Shown in pieces: positions 20,711-34,014 of a stretch of 64,000 bases of DNA. Made by a program: the position numbers and the translations under genes. The stretch's first letter is position 1. Each line of letters begins with the position of its first letter. The notes beneath the pieces are model-generated. The model was given only the letters and a program-made list of their open reading frames with translations, did no database searches and had not been told where the DNA came from. The stretch is from positions 186,001-250,000 of the forward strand of contig JAXLQJ010000004.1 in the NCBI GenBank assembly GCA_046331705.1, given 5' to 3'. Source of the DNA: a bacterium (GTDB lineage: Bacteria > JADJOY01).

Positions 20711-22572
20711 GCACCTCCGCCCGATCCCCCTCCCTCGCGACCACCGCGCTGGTGCTGGGCCTCGCCTGGCTCGCGCTGGCGTGGGGGCTGGTGGCCCTCG
20801 GCCGGGTGTTCGTGGCCGAGCGTCACGACGCCCGCCACGCGATCGGCGCCCGCCGCTCTGCGCTCGATCTCTACGCGGAGCGCGCCCTCGGCGAGGCGCT
20901 GGCTTCGCTCGTCGCCGACGCCAGCGAACGGATCCCGGTGGCGCTCGCCGATCCCCTGCGCCCCGCCACCGATCTCTTCCTGCGCGAGGACGGAGCGCAG
21001 CGGCTGCCGCGCCTGGCGACCGCCCGTCCCGGCGACGCGACACCCGGTGCCGCGCTCGCGGAGCGGATCTCGCGCGGCGACGTCGGGGCGGGTGAGGCCG
21101 CCGGCGGCGACGCGGACCCGTGGGCCGAGCGGCTGCGCATCGCACGCGCCTTCGTCGCCTCGGTGCGCCTCGACGATCGCGCACAGATCGAGTCGCGGTT
21201 TCGCGCGTTGCTCGGTCACCAGGCGCGCTATCGCATCGACTCGACGCTCGACCTGCCGTCGCGGCTGGGCCTGCTCGAGCTCCTGGTGCGCGAGAGCCAT
21301 CCCGATCCCGCGCTGCTCCACGCGCTGCTGCGCGACGGCCTGAGCGACGCCGCGGGCAGCACCGTGCCCGGCCTCGAGCCGGCGCTCCTCGACGCCCGCG
21401 AGCGCTTCGACAGCGCCGATTTCCTCGCCCTCGCGGATCGGATCGGCGAGCTCGCCGAGCGCAGCGGCGTTCCCTACGAGGATTTCTTCGCGCGGGTCCA
21501 CGAGCCCGTCCCCGAGATCCCGCTCGTCGCGGACGATCTCGCCGCCGCGACGTTGGTGGCGCGCGGAACCTGGCTCTTGCGCCCGGCGGGGCGCGGGCGG
21601 ATCGAAGGGGCGCGCGTCGACCTGGACGGCGCCCTTCGCGCGGTCCTCGACGAGATGCGCGGGCGCGGCGTGCTGACGGGAACCGACGAGCTGCGCCTCG
21701 CCACCGACCTCGGGGCCAGCGTGCCGCTCGCGAGTCTCGCGGTGAAGGTCGATTCGCCCGAGTGGCCGCGCGCGCTGGCAGCGATCGAGCGGCGCTTTCG
21801 CTGGAAGCTCGGCTTGCTGCTCGGCTCGGGCGGCGTGGCCATGGCGCTCGCGGCGCTCGCCTTCGCGTTCCAGCGCCAGGGGCGGCGGGTGGTGGACATG
21901 CAGCGCGCGTTCCTCGCCGCCGTGTCCCACGAGCTGCGCACGCCGCTCGCCTCCATCCGACTCCTGGCGGAGACCCTGGAGCGCCGCGTGAGCGACGTCG
22001 CCGGGGCCCGCGACTATCCACAGCGCATCGTGCGCGCCGCCGACGGCCTCGCCTTCCTGGTGGAGAACTTGCTCTCGGTGCAACGCCTCGACAGGGGGCG
22101 CGGGCTCGCCGAGCGTGTGCCGGTGAAGATCGACGAGCTCGTCCACCGCTTGGTCGAGGAAACCGCCGCCAGCCTGGGCGCCGAGGTGCGCGTCGACCTC
22201 GCCGGCGTCGCGGTTCCCACGGTGTGGGTCGATGCCGGTCTCTTCACGGTGATGCTCGCCAACCTGGTCCGAAACGCCTGCCTCTACAACGCGCGCTCGC
22301 CGGTCCGCCTCGTCGTGACCAGCGAGCGCGACGGCGAGGCGACGGTGATCCGGATCCGCGACAACGGCCGCGGCTTCGACGAGCGCGATCGACAGCGCGC
22401 GTTCGAGGACTTCCACCGCGGCACGGGCGCGGCCGACCGCGCGGTGCCTGGCACCGGCCTCGGCCTCGCGCTGGCGCGGCGGATCGTCGCCTTGCACGGC
22501 GGCGCCATCCGCATCGCCGCCACCGGGGCCGAGGGAACGACGTTCGAGATCCGGCTACCCGATCGCGCGTAA
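20707..22572 (+). CDS. Membrane sensor histidine kinase
   Basis: ATGA overlap with upstream gene; two TM segments around a large external domain; VSHELRTPL, NLVRNA, DNGRG, GTGLGL. Confidence 0.93.
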   Translation: MSTSARSPSLATTALVLGLAWLALAWGLVALGRVFVAERHDARHAIGARRSALDLYAERALGEALASLVADASERIPVALADPLRPATDLFLREDGAQRLPRLATARPGDATPGAALAERISRGDVGAGEAAGGDADPWAERLRIARAFVASVRLDDRAQIESRFRALLGHQARYRIDSTLDLPSRLGLLELLVRESHPDPALLHALLRDGLSDAAGSTVPGLEPALLDARERFDSADFLALADRIGELAERSGVPYEDFFARVHEPVPEIPLVADDLAAATLVARGTWLLRPAGRGRIEGARVDLDGALRAVLDEMRGRGVLTGTDELRLATDLGASVPLASLAVKVDSPEWPRALAAIERRFRWKLGLLLGSGGVAMALAALAFAFQRQGRRVVDMQRAFLAAVSHELRTPLASIRLLAETLERRVSDVAGARDYPQRIVRAADGLAFLVENLLSVQRLDRGRGLAERVPVKIDELVHRLVEETAASLGAEVRVDLAGVAVPTVWVDAGLFTVMLANLVRNACLYNARSPVRLVVTSERDGEATVIRIRDNGRGFDERDRQRAFEDFHRGTGAADRAVPGTGLGLALARRIVALHGGAIRIAATGAEGTTFEIRLPDRA

Positions 22573-22640
22573 GATCGCGCCAGCCGCCGCACCCACGGCC
22601 ACCGCGCTCGCCCCCGCGCCCACCCGCCTCCCCCGGCCCC

Positions 22641-23318
22641 ATGCAACCCACGCTCTTGCTCGTCGAGGACGACGAGAACCTGCGCGTGGCGCTCGCCGAC
22701 AACCTGACCGACGAGGGCTACACGGTGCTCACGGCGGCCACCGGCGCCGCTGCGCTCGCGGCGCTCGCCGCCCACGCGCCCGAGCTGGTGATCCTCGACA
22801 TCATGCTTCCCGACACCGACGGCTACACCCTCTGCCAGCGGATCCGCGCGATGCCGCAAGCGCCACGCGTGTTGATGCTCACCGCGCGCAGCCTGGAGGA
22901 CGACGTGGTGCGCGGCTTCGACGTCGGCGCCGACGACTACCTCGCGAAGCCCTATCGCTTGCGCGAGCTGCTGGCCCGCGTGCGCGCGCTGCTCCGACGA
23001 GGCGAGACCGCGGCCGAGTCGTTCCAGGTCGGCGAATACACGATCGACGTGCCGGCGCGGGCGGTGCGCCATGCCGACGGTCACGACGCCGAGCTCACCA
23101 AGACCGAGTTCGACCTGCTGGTGATGTTGATCCGCCACGAGTCGCGGGCCCTCGATCGCGACACCATCCTCGACGAGCTGCGCGGCCGACACGTGATGGT
23201 GGACCCGCGCACCATCGACAACTTCGTGTCGAGCCTCAAGAAGAAGCTGCGCTGGACGTCGGATTCCCCGTGGCGCATCGCCAGCGTGCGTGGCGTCGGC
23301 TACCGTTTCGAGCGGTGA
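22641..23318 (+). CDS. OmpR/PhoB-family response regulator
   Basis: LLVEDD, ILDIMLP, MLTA, GADDYLAKPY, VRGVGYRFE. Confidence 0.95.
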   Translation: MQPTLLLVEDDENLRVALADNLTDEGYTVLTAATGAAALAALAAHAPELVILDIMLPDTDGYTLCQRIRAMPQAPRVLMLTARSLEDDVVRGFDVGADDYLAKPYRLRELLARVRALLRRGETAAESFQVGEYTIDVPARAVRHADGHDAELTKTEFDLLVMLIRHESRALDRDTILDELRGRHVMVDPRTIDNFVSSLKKKLRWTSDSPWRIASVRGVGYRFER

Positions 23319-23989
23319 GCACGGCGGCTCCTTCCCGCGCGCCGCAGGCGGCTTACGAGGTTCCGGCGGACGAGTACTACGCGACGCTCGCGCGCTGGCG
23401 CGGGTATTCGTATCGCGAGCGTCGCCGGCTGCTGCTGCCGCGGCTCGGGGGACGGGTCCTCGACGTCGGCTGCGGCGACGGCCGGATCGTGCTCGCGGCG
23501 CTCGCCGATCGCGGTGTGGGGCTCGATGCGAGCGGCGCGATGCTCGCGGCCGCGCGCGCGCGCGCACCGCTCGCACGGCTCACTCGCGCCGATGCGCAGG
23601 CACTTCCGTTTCGCGGCGCGAGCTTCGAGACCGTGCTCGCGAGCCACGCTCTCTGGCTCTTCGGCGACGCACAGGCGTTCGTCGCCGAAGCGCGGCGCGT
23701 GCTCGTGCCCGGCGGGCGCCTCGTGATCGTGAGCAATCATCCGCACTACTTCTGGGCGCGGAGCTGCGTGCTCGGCATCTCCGCCGCGATGGGCAGGCAC
23801 CACGTCGAGCCGCCGCCCCTGCTCCACCGCCGACGCGACATCGAGGCAGCGCTCCGCCGCGCGGGCTTCCTCGCCGCCCGGTCGGAGTCGTTCCTGGTGC
23901 TGCCGGTACCCGGCTTCGCCTGGCTCGACCGCACGCCGCTCAGGCGGCTCGGTCTCTCGTTCGTGATCGAGGCGCGAGCGCCAGCATGA
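23315..23989 (+). CDS. Class I SAM-dependent methyltransferase
   Basis: GTGA overlap with the regulator; VLDVGCGDG, GLDAS, ADAQALPF, RVLVPGG. Confidence 0.9.
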   Translation: MSTAAPSRAPQAAYEVPADEYYATLARWRGYSYRERRRLLLPRLGGRVLDVGCGDGRIVLAALADRGVGLDASGAMLAAARARAPLARLTRADAQALPFRGASFETVLASHALWLFGDAQAFVAEARRVLVPGGRLVIVSNHPHYFWARSCVLGISAAMGRHHVEPPPLLHRRRDIEAALRRAGFLAARSESFLVLPVPGFAWLDRTPLRRLGLSFVIEARAPA

Positions 23990-26354
23990 GCGCCGCGCCG
24001 AGGGCGCCCAGCGCGAGCACCAGCAGCGCCCACTGACCCGTGGGCGCGTAGCGCAACTCCACGACCTGGGTCCCCGGCGGCACCCGCACCGCGCGGAAGA
24101 GCGCGTTCGCGCGAAAGAGCGGGATCGACACGCCATCGGCGCTCGCGCTCCATCCGGGAGCCGATCGATCCAGGATCACCAGCCAAGGCCGCTCGTCGCC
24201 GGTCTCGCTCACGTCGACCACCAGCCGATCGGGCTCGTCGACGAGGAACCGCGCCGCCGGCTCCCACCCGGCGCCGGGCTGCGGCGCCAGCGCGCGGGCG
24301 TCGTCGCATTCGGCGAGATCGAGCGGCGCCCCGCTGTCGAGGACCGTGACGACGCGCGGATCGAGCGTGCCGGCGAGCAGCGTCTCGAGGGCCGTGCGCG
24401 GCTCGGGGCGGCACGCCAGCGACGTGCGATACGCGCGCGGCAGCGCCGATTCGTTGGCGTAGACGAAGTATCCGCCGCCGCTCGCGAGCGGCGCGCCGCG
24501 GTCGAGAAAGGGCCGCCGCGCGAGCAAGAACCGCGACGCCGAGAGATCGAGCAACAGCGGCACGTGGGTGAAATCCAGAAATCCCGTGAGCCGCAGTGGC
24601 GCGGCGGCTCGCCCAGCGCCCGTGAACTCGAGCACCTCGCGCGGCACCAGCGACGAGAATCCGCTCGGGCTCGCCCAGCGGAACTCGCTCTCGAACGGCT
24701 CCACCGCCACGTCGTCGCGATCGAGGTTCGCGAGGCGCGGATAGCCCGCCTCGCCGAGGGCGCGCGGCACGTGCGCGAGCACCGCCGGGCCACGGACGAA
24801 TTCCTCGACCTTCGCGCGGGACTCCGTGCGCGCGAAGGGTGCGGCGAGCCACCCGAGCATGACCAGCGTGCCGGCGGCGAGCAGCGCCGGCGCCGCCGCG
24901 CGGACCCGGCGCGACGTGGCTGCGCGCGCCACCACCAGCAACGCGACCAGCAACGCCGCGAGGGTCGCGATCTGCAACGTGCCACGCGTGGGCGCCGCAA
25001 TCTCGCTCGCATAACCCTCGCCGAACGAATCGGGCAGCGCGATCCAGCCGGCCCAGAACGCCAGCCGGATGCCGCCCACGATCCCAGCGGCCACCAGGAG
25101 CCCGGCGAGCACGACGCTTCGCGCCGGGACTCGGTCGCGGCCCGCGGCATCGATCGCCCGCGCCGCGAGCACCGCGATCGCGAGCAGCGCCACCGACACC
25201 GCCCGCACTGGATCGTGGAAGAGCCCCACCAGCGGCAACCGATAGAGCACCCGCATCACGGGATCGTGCTCGCCTGCAGCGAACGCGAGGGCGCACACCA
25301 ACGTCACGGCGAAGGCGCGCTCGTGGAGGTCGCCGTGCCGGATCGATCGCCACGCCCACGCGAACGCCAGCGCCAGCGGAATGCCTCCGACGAACACGGT
25401 GTTGAGCGCGCCGAGCGCGCCCCACCCCACCAGGTTCGGAAAGAAGAGCCCGACGAGATCGGCGCTCGACAGGCTTCCCGCCGCCACCGCGAGCGACTCG
25501 TGGGCGGTGACGGAGCCGCGCGCGGACTCCGCGAGCAGCGCGGAGGTGGCGAGCGCTTGCGGTGCGAACATCGCGCTCGCGAGCGCCGCCATCGCGAGCA
25601 ACCGCGCCGCCGGATCGGCCCACGCCCCCGGCCCACGCGACGCCCGCGCCTTCTCCCCGAGCAACACGAGCGCGTAGCACCCCTCCAGCACCCCGACGTA
25701 GAGCGCCTGCTGCGCCATGCCGCCGAGCCAGCTCAGCCCGAGCGCCAGCGCGCCGAGCCCGACCGTTCGGCGTGCCGCGTGCCCCGATTCCGACTGCGCC
25801 AGGCGGCGGATCGCGAGCAGCACCAGCGGCACCCACGCCAGCGTCGCGTGGTTGTGGAGCTGACCCAGGTTTCCGACCATGTGGCCGTTGAAGGCGTAGA
25901 TCGCCGCCGCGGCGACGGCGGCAGCGGGACGCACGCCCAGCCCGGCGCGCGCGAACGCGTACATCGCCACCCCAGCCAGCAGGAAATGGAGCGCGACGTT
26001 CCAGGTCAGCGCGTCCGCGACCGGAAGCGCGAGATCCGCGAGCCAGCTCGGCGGATAGAGCGGGCCAGCCTGGATCGCGCCCAGCCACGGATACCCGAAG
26101 AAGAGATGCGGGTTCCAGAGCGGCAGGCGGCCGTGGTCCACGACCTGCTCGCGCAGGAAGTGGTGCAAGGGCAACAGGATCTCGTGGATCTCGCCGTCGA
26201 AGACGAGACCTCGCCCTGCGATGACGCTGCGGAAGCACCAGCTCCACAGCGCCACGAGCGCCAGCAGCGCGACGGCGTCCGCGACCCACGCCACCGGCTG
26301 CGCGACGGGGTGCGGCGCTTCCGGGTGCGTCCCACGCTGCGCTCGATCGGCCAC
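23940..26354 (-). CDS. YfhO-family multi-pass membrane protein (GT-C glycosyltransferase-like)
   Basis: GRLPLWNPHLFFGYP, PLYP, multiple TM segments, ALPRAY, PGWSA..RANALFRAVRVPPG..VELRYAP. Confidence 0.8.
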   Translation of the reverse strand: MADRAQRGTHPEAPHPVAQPVAWVADAVALLALVALWSWCFRSVIAGRGLVFDGEIHEILLPLHHFLREQVVDHGRLPLWNPHLFFGYPWLGAIQAGPLYPPSWLADLALPVADALTWNVALHFLLAGVAMYAFARAGLGVRPAAAVAAAAIYAFNGHMVGNLGQLHNHATLAWVPLVLLAIRRLAQSESGHAARRTVGLGALALGLSWLGGMAQQALYVGVLEGCYALVLLGEKARASRGPGAWADPAARLLAMAALASAMFAPQALATSALLAESARGSVTAHESLAVAAGSLSSADLVGLFFPNLVGWGALGALNTVFVGGIPLALAFAWAWRSIRHGDLHERAFAVTLVCALAFAAGEHDPVMRVLYRLPLVGLFHDPVRAVSVALLAIAVLAARAIDAAGRDRVPARSVVLAGLLVAAGIVGGIRLAFWAGWIALPDSFGEGYASEIAAPTRGTLQIATLAALLVALLVVARAATSRRVRAAAPALLAAGTLVMLGWLAAPFARTESRAKVEEFVRGPAVLAHVPRALGEAGYPRLANLDRDDVAVEPFESEFRWASPSGFSSLVPREVLEFTGAGRAAAPLRLTGFLDFTHVPLLLDLSASRFLLARRPFLDRGAPLASGGGYFVYANESALPRAYRTSLACRPEPRTALETLLAGTLDPRVVTVLDSGAPLDLAECDDARALAPQPGAGWEPAARFLVDEPDRLVVDVSETGDERPWLVILDRSAPGWSASADGVSIPLFRANALFRAVRVPPGTQVVELRYAPTGQWALLVLALGALGAALMLALAPRSRTRDRAA

Positions 26355-26523
26355 GGGACGCCGATCATGAGAGAGGAGCGGTCACGCCAGCAAGCGCCGT
26401 AGGTCACCTCTCCGCACGGCGCCCCGAGCAAGCGCGCGCGATCTTCCGTCGACGACCGGCTCGCCCACCGCCGCGGCCGAGCGCGCGCCGTCCGCCCTCC
26501 CGCCGCGACCCGCACCCGGGCGC

Positions 26524-26964
26524 TCAGGGTAGATGGATCGCGAACTCGTGGACGTGGCCCGCGGTCGACGCCGAGCTCACCGTCACCGTGCCGCCGTGCA
26601 TGATCGACGTGAGGGAGTCGACGGAGAGCGTCACGGTGTGGGTGTGCGAGCCGAGCGTGTACGTGGAGGAGGCACCGGTCACGAGCGCGACCGGCGCGCT
26701 GGCGGGCTGCTCGACTGCATCGAACGGCACGAACAGGTCGTGGCTGTGGCCGGAAGCCGTCGAGGACGTGATGGCGAAGCCGTTCGTGTTTCCACCGCCA
26801 CCGTCGTTCGCGCCTGCCGCCGCCGCTGCCGCACCGCGCCGCCAGCGCGAGGGTGGAAAGAGCACCACGATCCGACCCAGGCTCGTCAGGAACTCGCGTC
26901 GCTCCACGCCTGCGTCGGCAGCGTGCACCGCGAGCCTTGCCTCTCGTTCCTTCCGCGCGCTCAT
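26524..26964 (-). CDS. Small exported His-motif protein (Tat-like signal), putative metal binder
   Basis: ERREFL twin-arginine motif; GHSH, SHTH and GHVH motifs; possible compensated frameshift in the signal region. Confidence 0.7.
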   Translation of the reverse strand: MSARKEREARLAVHAADAGVERREFLTSLGRIVVLFPPSRWRRGAAAAAAGANDGGGGNTNGFAITSSTASGHSHDLFVPFDAVEQPASAPVALVTGASSTYTLGSHTHTVTLSVDSLTSIMHGGTVTVSSASTAGHVHEFAIHLP

Positions 26965-27053
26965 CGCTGGTCACCTCCCACCCGACCCGCGACCGGTATT
27001 CGCGGCGGCGGGCGAATCGGTTCGAGCGCGACGAGCGGGGCGAGCTGCGGGCC

Positions 27054-30575
<3,522 letters not shown>

Positions 30576-30763
30576 GATCGATCTCGAACGACTCGCGCTG
30601 GCGAGCGGTCTTAGGCCACGCGCGAAGCGCGATCATTCCCAGTGCGCCCGGTGGTTGCAAGCGCCGCCCCGCGCCGAGCACGCAAGAACGGCGACGCCGT
30701 CCTCCCGTCGGGAGAGCGGCGTCGCCGTCGACGACGACCACCACGCGCGGAAGCGCGTGCGAT

Positions 30764-32785
30764 TCAGCCGCGCGGTAGGACCTGCGCCACGGCCAGCGAG
30801 GTGGCGCGGTGGCGCAGCCAGTCCAGGAGCCCACGCCCCACTCGCGGCATGGCGACCTCTCGGACCACCGGCTTGCCGTCGGCGGTGCTCAGCTCCAGGG
30901 CGAGCATCCGCCCGCCGGCGGTGCTGCCCCACACCTTGATGTTGCTGTAGATCACGCCGGCCTGCGGCCCGTAGGTATCCCCCGGGCTGTTGTCCGTGCC
31001 GACGATCACGTAGCGCAGCTGGAAGGCGCGCGGATGCGGCTGGCTCACCAGCGAGCGGCCGTCGAGGAAGACGGTGGCGTTGCCGGCGCGATCGAACTCG
31101 ACGCGCACGGTGTGGGTCACGCGCGGATCGAGTCGGCCGTCCGGCGGTGAGAGTCGCGTCTCCACGCGCTCGCCGAAGCCACGGGTGCTCGACAGGAACT
31201 TGAAGAGACCGTTGTAGTCCCGGCCGGTGCGCACGTTCCAGAACCCGGTCCCGTTCTCGTCGGCGGTGTGCACGCTGCCGTGGCTCTCCTGGAACATGTT
31301 CAGGATGTGTTGCTTGCTGTGCTGGTGCTGCGGGCTCGAGGTCGAGGTGTCCCAGTTCGCCAGGTCGGCGGAGAACGATCCTTCGTTGAGCGTGCGGCCG
31401 AGATCCCAGATGATGTTCCAGCCAGGCTGCCAGCCGCCGCCGCTCAAGAACTGGCCGCCCTTCGCGTTGCCGCGCGTCGAGCCGTCGAGCGAATCGCAGA
31501 GAACCGTGGTGCCCGGATCGCTGCAGCCGTCCGAGCCGACCCCGCCGCCACCGTCTTCGCTGGCCGTCACCAGCACGGTGTCCTCGCGACTCTCGATGAG
31601 ACCGTCGCTCACCACCAGCCGGACTACGTACTGGCCGACGACGTCCGCCACGAACCCGGAGGATGCGCCCGTGGGCGCGTCGAGGGTGGCGGCGCTGCCG
31701 TCGGGGCGCGACACGAAGCTCCACGCGTACGCGAGCGCGCTGCCATCGGGATCGCTGCTCGCGCCGCCATCGAGCGTCACGGCATCGCCCACGCGCACGC
31801 TCTGGTCGGCTCCAGCCACCGCCACGGGGGTGCGGTTGCCGCGGGTCGCCGTCACGACCAGCACGTCGGCCGCGCTGGACGCGCGGCCGTCGTCCACCAC
31901 CAGCTGGAGAACGAACTGGCCTTCCACGTCGGCGACGAAGAGCGTCTGGGCCCGCGTCGAGTCCTTGATCCCGGCGTTGCTGCCCGCGGGCTTGGACACG
32001 AATCCCCAGCGGTAGCCGAGCGAGTCTCCATCGGCGTCGGTGCTGCGACGGCCATCGATGTCCACCACCGTTCCCACCTCCACCGTGCGGTCGGCACCTG
32101 CATCGGCGATCGGCGGCACGTTGGTGTCCACCACCGTGAAGACGACCTCGTCCGACTCGCTCGTCGCCTCGCCATCCGATACCACCAGGCCGACGCGGAA
32201 CTCGCCCACGACGTCGGCGACGAACACCGTGCGCACCGCCGTCGCATCCTTGATCCCCGCGGAGCTCTCCGCCGGCTTCGCGTTGAACGTCCAGATCAAG
32301 CTGAGCTGGTCGCCGTCGGCGTCGTTCGAGCTCGAAGCGTCGAGGGTGACCACCGAGCCCAACGCCACGGTCTGGTCCACGCCCGCCACGGCGATGGGAC
32401 GCGCGTTGGCGCGTGTCGCCGTGACGACCACCGCGTCCGCGCTGCTTTGCGCCTTGCCGTCGCTCACCACCAGGTCCAAGCGATAGACGCCCTCTCGATC
32501 GGCGATGAAGGTCGGCTGGGGCGCCAGCGAGTCCGAGAGCTGGGCTTCGCTGGCCTCCGGGCGAACCGTGAGCGTCCACAGATACGAGATGGCATCGCCG
32601 TCGGGATCGCTGCTCAGGCTCGCATCGAGGGTCACCACGCTTCCCGCGACCACCTCGCGATCGGCGCCGGCCTCGGCCACCGGCGACTGGTTGCTGCCAC
32701 CATTCGAGTCGCCACAGCCGATCGCCACCACCAGACTGATCGCCAACCAAGCGGCGATGGGCCTTCGCTTTCGATTCGCGCGCAT
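30764..32785 (-). CDS. Lipoprotein with four PKD/Ig-like repeats and a C-terminal beta-sandwich (lectin-like) domain
   Basis: Lipobox AIGC; four repeats N.xP(V/I)AxAGxD..V..G..VTLD.S.S.D.DG...Y.W....P..S...LVVSDG. Confidence 0.85.
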   Translation of the reverse strand: MRANRKRRPIAAWLAISLVVAIGCGDSNGGSNQSPVAEAGADREVVAGSVVTLDASLSSDPDGDAISYLWTLTVRPEASEAQLSDSLAPQPTFIADREGVYRLDLVVSDGKAQSSADAVVVTATRANARPIAVAGVDQTVALGSVVTLDASSSNDADGDQLSLIWTFNAKPAESSAGIKDATAVRTVFVADVVGEFRVGLVVSDGEATSESDEVVFTVVDTNVPPIADAGADRTVEVGTVVDIDGRRSTDADGDSLGYRWGFVSKPAGSNAGIKDSTRAQTLFVADVEGQFVLQLVVDDGRASSAADVLVVTATRGNRTPVAVAGADQSVRVGDAVTLDGGASSDPDGSALAYAWSFVSRPDGSAATLDAPTGASSGFVADVVGQYVVRLVVSDGLIESREDTVLVTASEDGGGGVGSDGCSDPGTTVLCDSLDGSTRGNAKGGQFLSGGGWQPGWNIIWDLGRTLNEGSFSADLANWDTSTSSPQHQHSKQHILNMFQESHGSVHTADENGTGFWNVRTGRDYNGLFKFLSSTRGFGERVETRLSPPDGRLDPRVTHTVRVEFDRAGNATVFLDGRSLVSQPHPRAFQLRYVIVGTDNSPGDTYGPQAGVIYSNIKVWGSTAGGRMLALELSTADGKPVVREVAMPRVGRGLLDWLRHRATSLAVAQVLPRG
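31560..32692 (-). repeat. Four tandem intragenic ~95-aa PKD-like repeats
   Basis: Repeat starts NQSPVAEAGAD, NARPIAVAGVD, NVPPIADAGAD, NRTPVAVAGAD. Confidence 0.9.
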
Positions 32786-32943
32786 ACTTCCTCCCAGAGC
32801 CGACCGCGTGTGCCGGAATCCGGCGACTCGCGGCCGCTCGTGTTGAGTCGCCGTCGGGAGCCCTCACCGATCGAGCGGCCCGGTTCGCACGCTAGATAGC
32901 TGTCCCAGCCAGCGCCAACCAGGAGATAGTTTCAGCACGAAAC

Positions 32944-32958
32944 GTCGGCATTCCCGAC
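32944..32958. promoter_or_regulatory. LysR-type T-N11-A dyad (probable autoregulatory site)
   Basis: gtcgg-cattc-ccgac inverted repeat with T32945-N11-A32957, just upstream of the RBS of the LysR gene. Confidence 0.55.
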
Positions 32959-32973
32959 AGGAGGTCGCGGCCC

Positions 32974-33876
32974 GTGGAATGGCTGAACTACCACCACCTT
33001 CTCTACTTCTGGGCGGTCGCCAAGGAGGGCAGCGTGGTCGCCGCGAGCGAGGTGCTGCGCCTCGCCCACCCCACCATCAGCGGCCAGATCCATCAGCTGG
33101 AACGCAACCTCGGCGAGAAGCTCTTCGTGCGCCGCGGCCGAAACCTCGCGCTCACCGAGGTCGGGCAGATCGCGTTCCGCTACGCCGACGAGATCTTCAG
33201 CCTCGGACGGGAGTTCCAGGGAATCGTGCGGGGATCGGCGAAGGGGCGGCCGATCCGGCTGGTCGTGGGAGTCTCGAACTTCGTTCCCAAGCCCATCGTG
33301 CATCGGATCCTCGAGCCCGTGTTCGAGCTCGACGATCCGATCCAGCTGGTGTGTCGCGAGGACCGCTCGACCGAGGCGTTCATGGGCGAGCTCGCGGTGC
33401 ACGGGATCGACGTGGTGCTGTCCGACGCGCCCGCTCGACCGGTGGCCGCGGTTCGTCCGTACAGTCACCAGATCGGCGAGTGCGGCACGGTGTTGCTCGC
33501 CAGCGCCAAGCTCGCCAGCTCCTTGGGCGCGCGCTCGCCTGGCAATCTCGACGGCGCGCCGTTCCTGCTGCCGAGCACCGGATCCATCCTGCGGTGGTCG
33601 CTCGAGGAGTGGTTCGCGACTCACAAGATCCGCCCACGCGTGGTGGCCGAGCTGGATGATTCCGCGCTCGCCGAGACCTTCGGCGAAGCGGGGCTCGGCA
33701 TCTTCGCCGCCCCCTCCATCGTCGAAGCCGAGATCCGCCGGCGCTCGCGCGTCCGCCTGGTGGCGCGCCTGGACAAGGTGAAGCAGCGCTTCTACGTCAT
33801 CTCGATCGAGCGCAAGATCCGCCACCCAGCCGTCGTCGCGATCCGCGAAGCCGCCCGCGAGAACATGTTCCACTGA
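32974..33876 (+). CDS. nhaR: LysR-family transcriptional regulator, NhaR subfamily
   Basis: LNYHHLLYFWAVAKEGSV, PTISGQI, YADEIFSLG, ERKIRHPAV are typical of NhaR-like proteins; AGGAGG RBS. Confidence 0.85.
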   Translation: MEWLNYHHLLYFWAVAKEGSVVAASEVLRLAHPTISGQIHQLERNLGEKLFVRRGRNLALTEVGQIAFRYADEIFSLGREFQGIVRGSAKGRPIRLVVGVSNFVPKPIVHRILEPVFELDDPIQLVCREDRSTEAFMGELAVHGIDVVLSDAPARPVAAVRPYSHQIGECGTVLLASAKLASSLGARSPGNLDGAPFLLPSTGSILRWSLEEWFATHKIRPRVVAELDDSALAETFGEAGLGIFAAPSIVEAEIRRRSRVRLVARLDKVKQRFYVISIERKIRHPAVVAIREAARENMFH

Positions 33877-33892
33877 GCGCCACGAACGAGAA

Positions 33893-33917
33893 CGGGGCTG
33901 CCCGATCGGCAGCCCCG
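33893..33917 (-). terminator. Hairpin terminator after the tRNA-Ser pair (possibly bidirectional with nhaR)
   Basis: cggggctgcc-cgatc-ggcagccccg 10-bp stem, followed by ttctcgttc on -. Confidence 0.7.
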
Positions 33918-33920
33918 CCC

Positions 33921-34014
<94 letters not shown>

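Noticed and set aside
26408-26416. ctctccgca resembling the tRNA-Ser 3' end as an att site
   Set aside because: Only 8-9 nt and in the opposite orientation to the tRNA, so not a direct repeat
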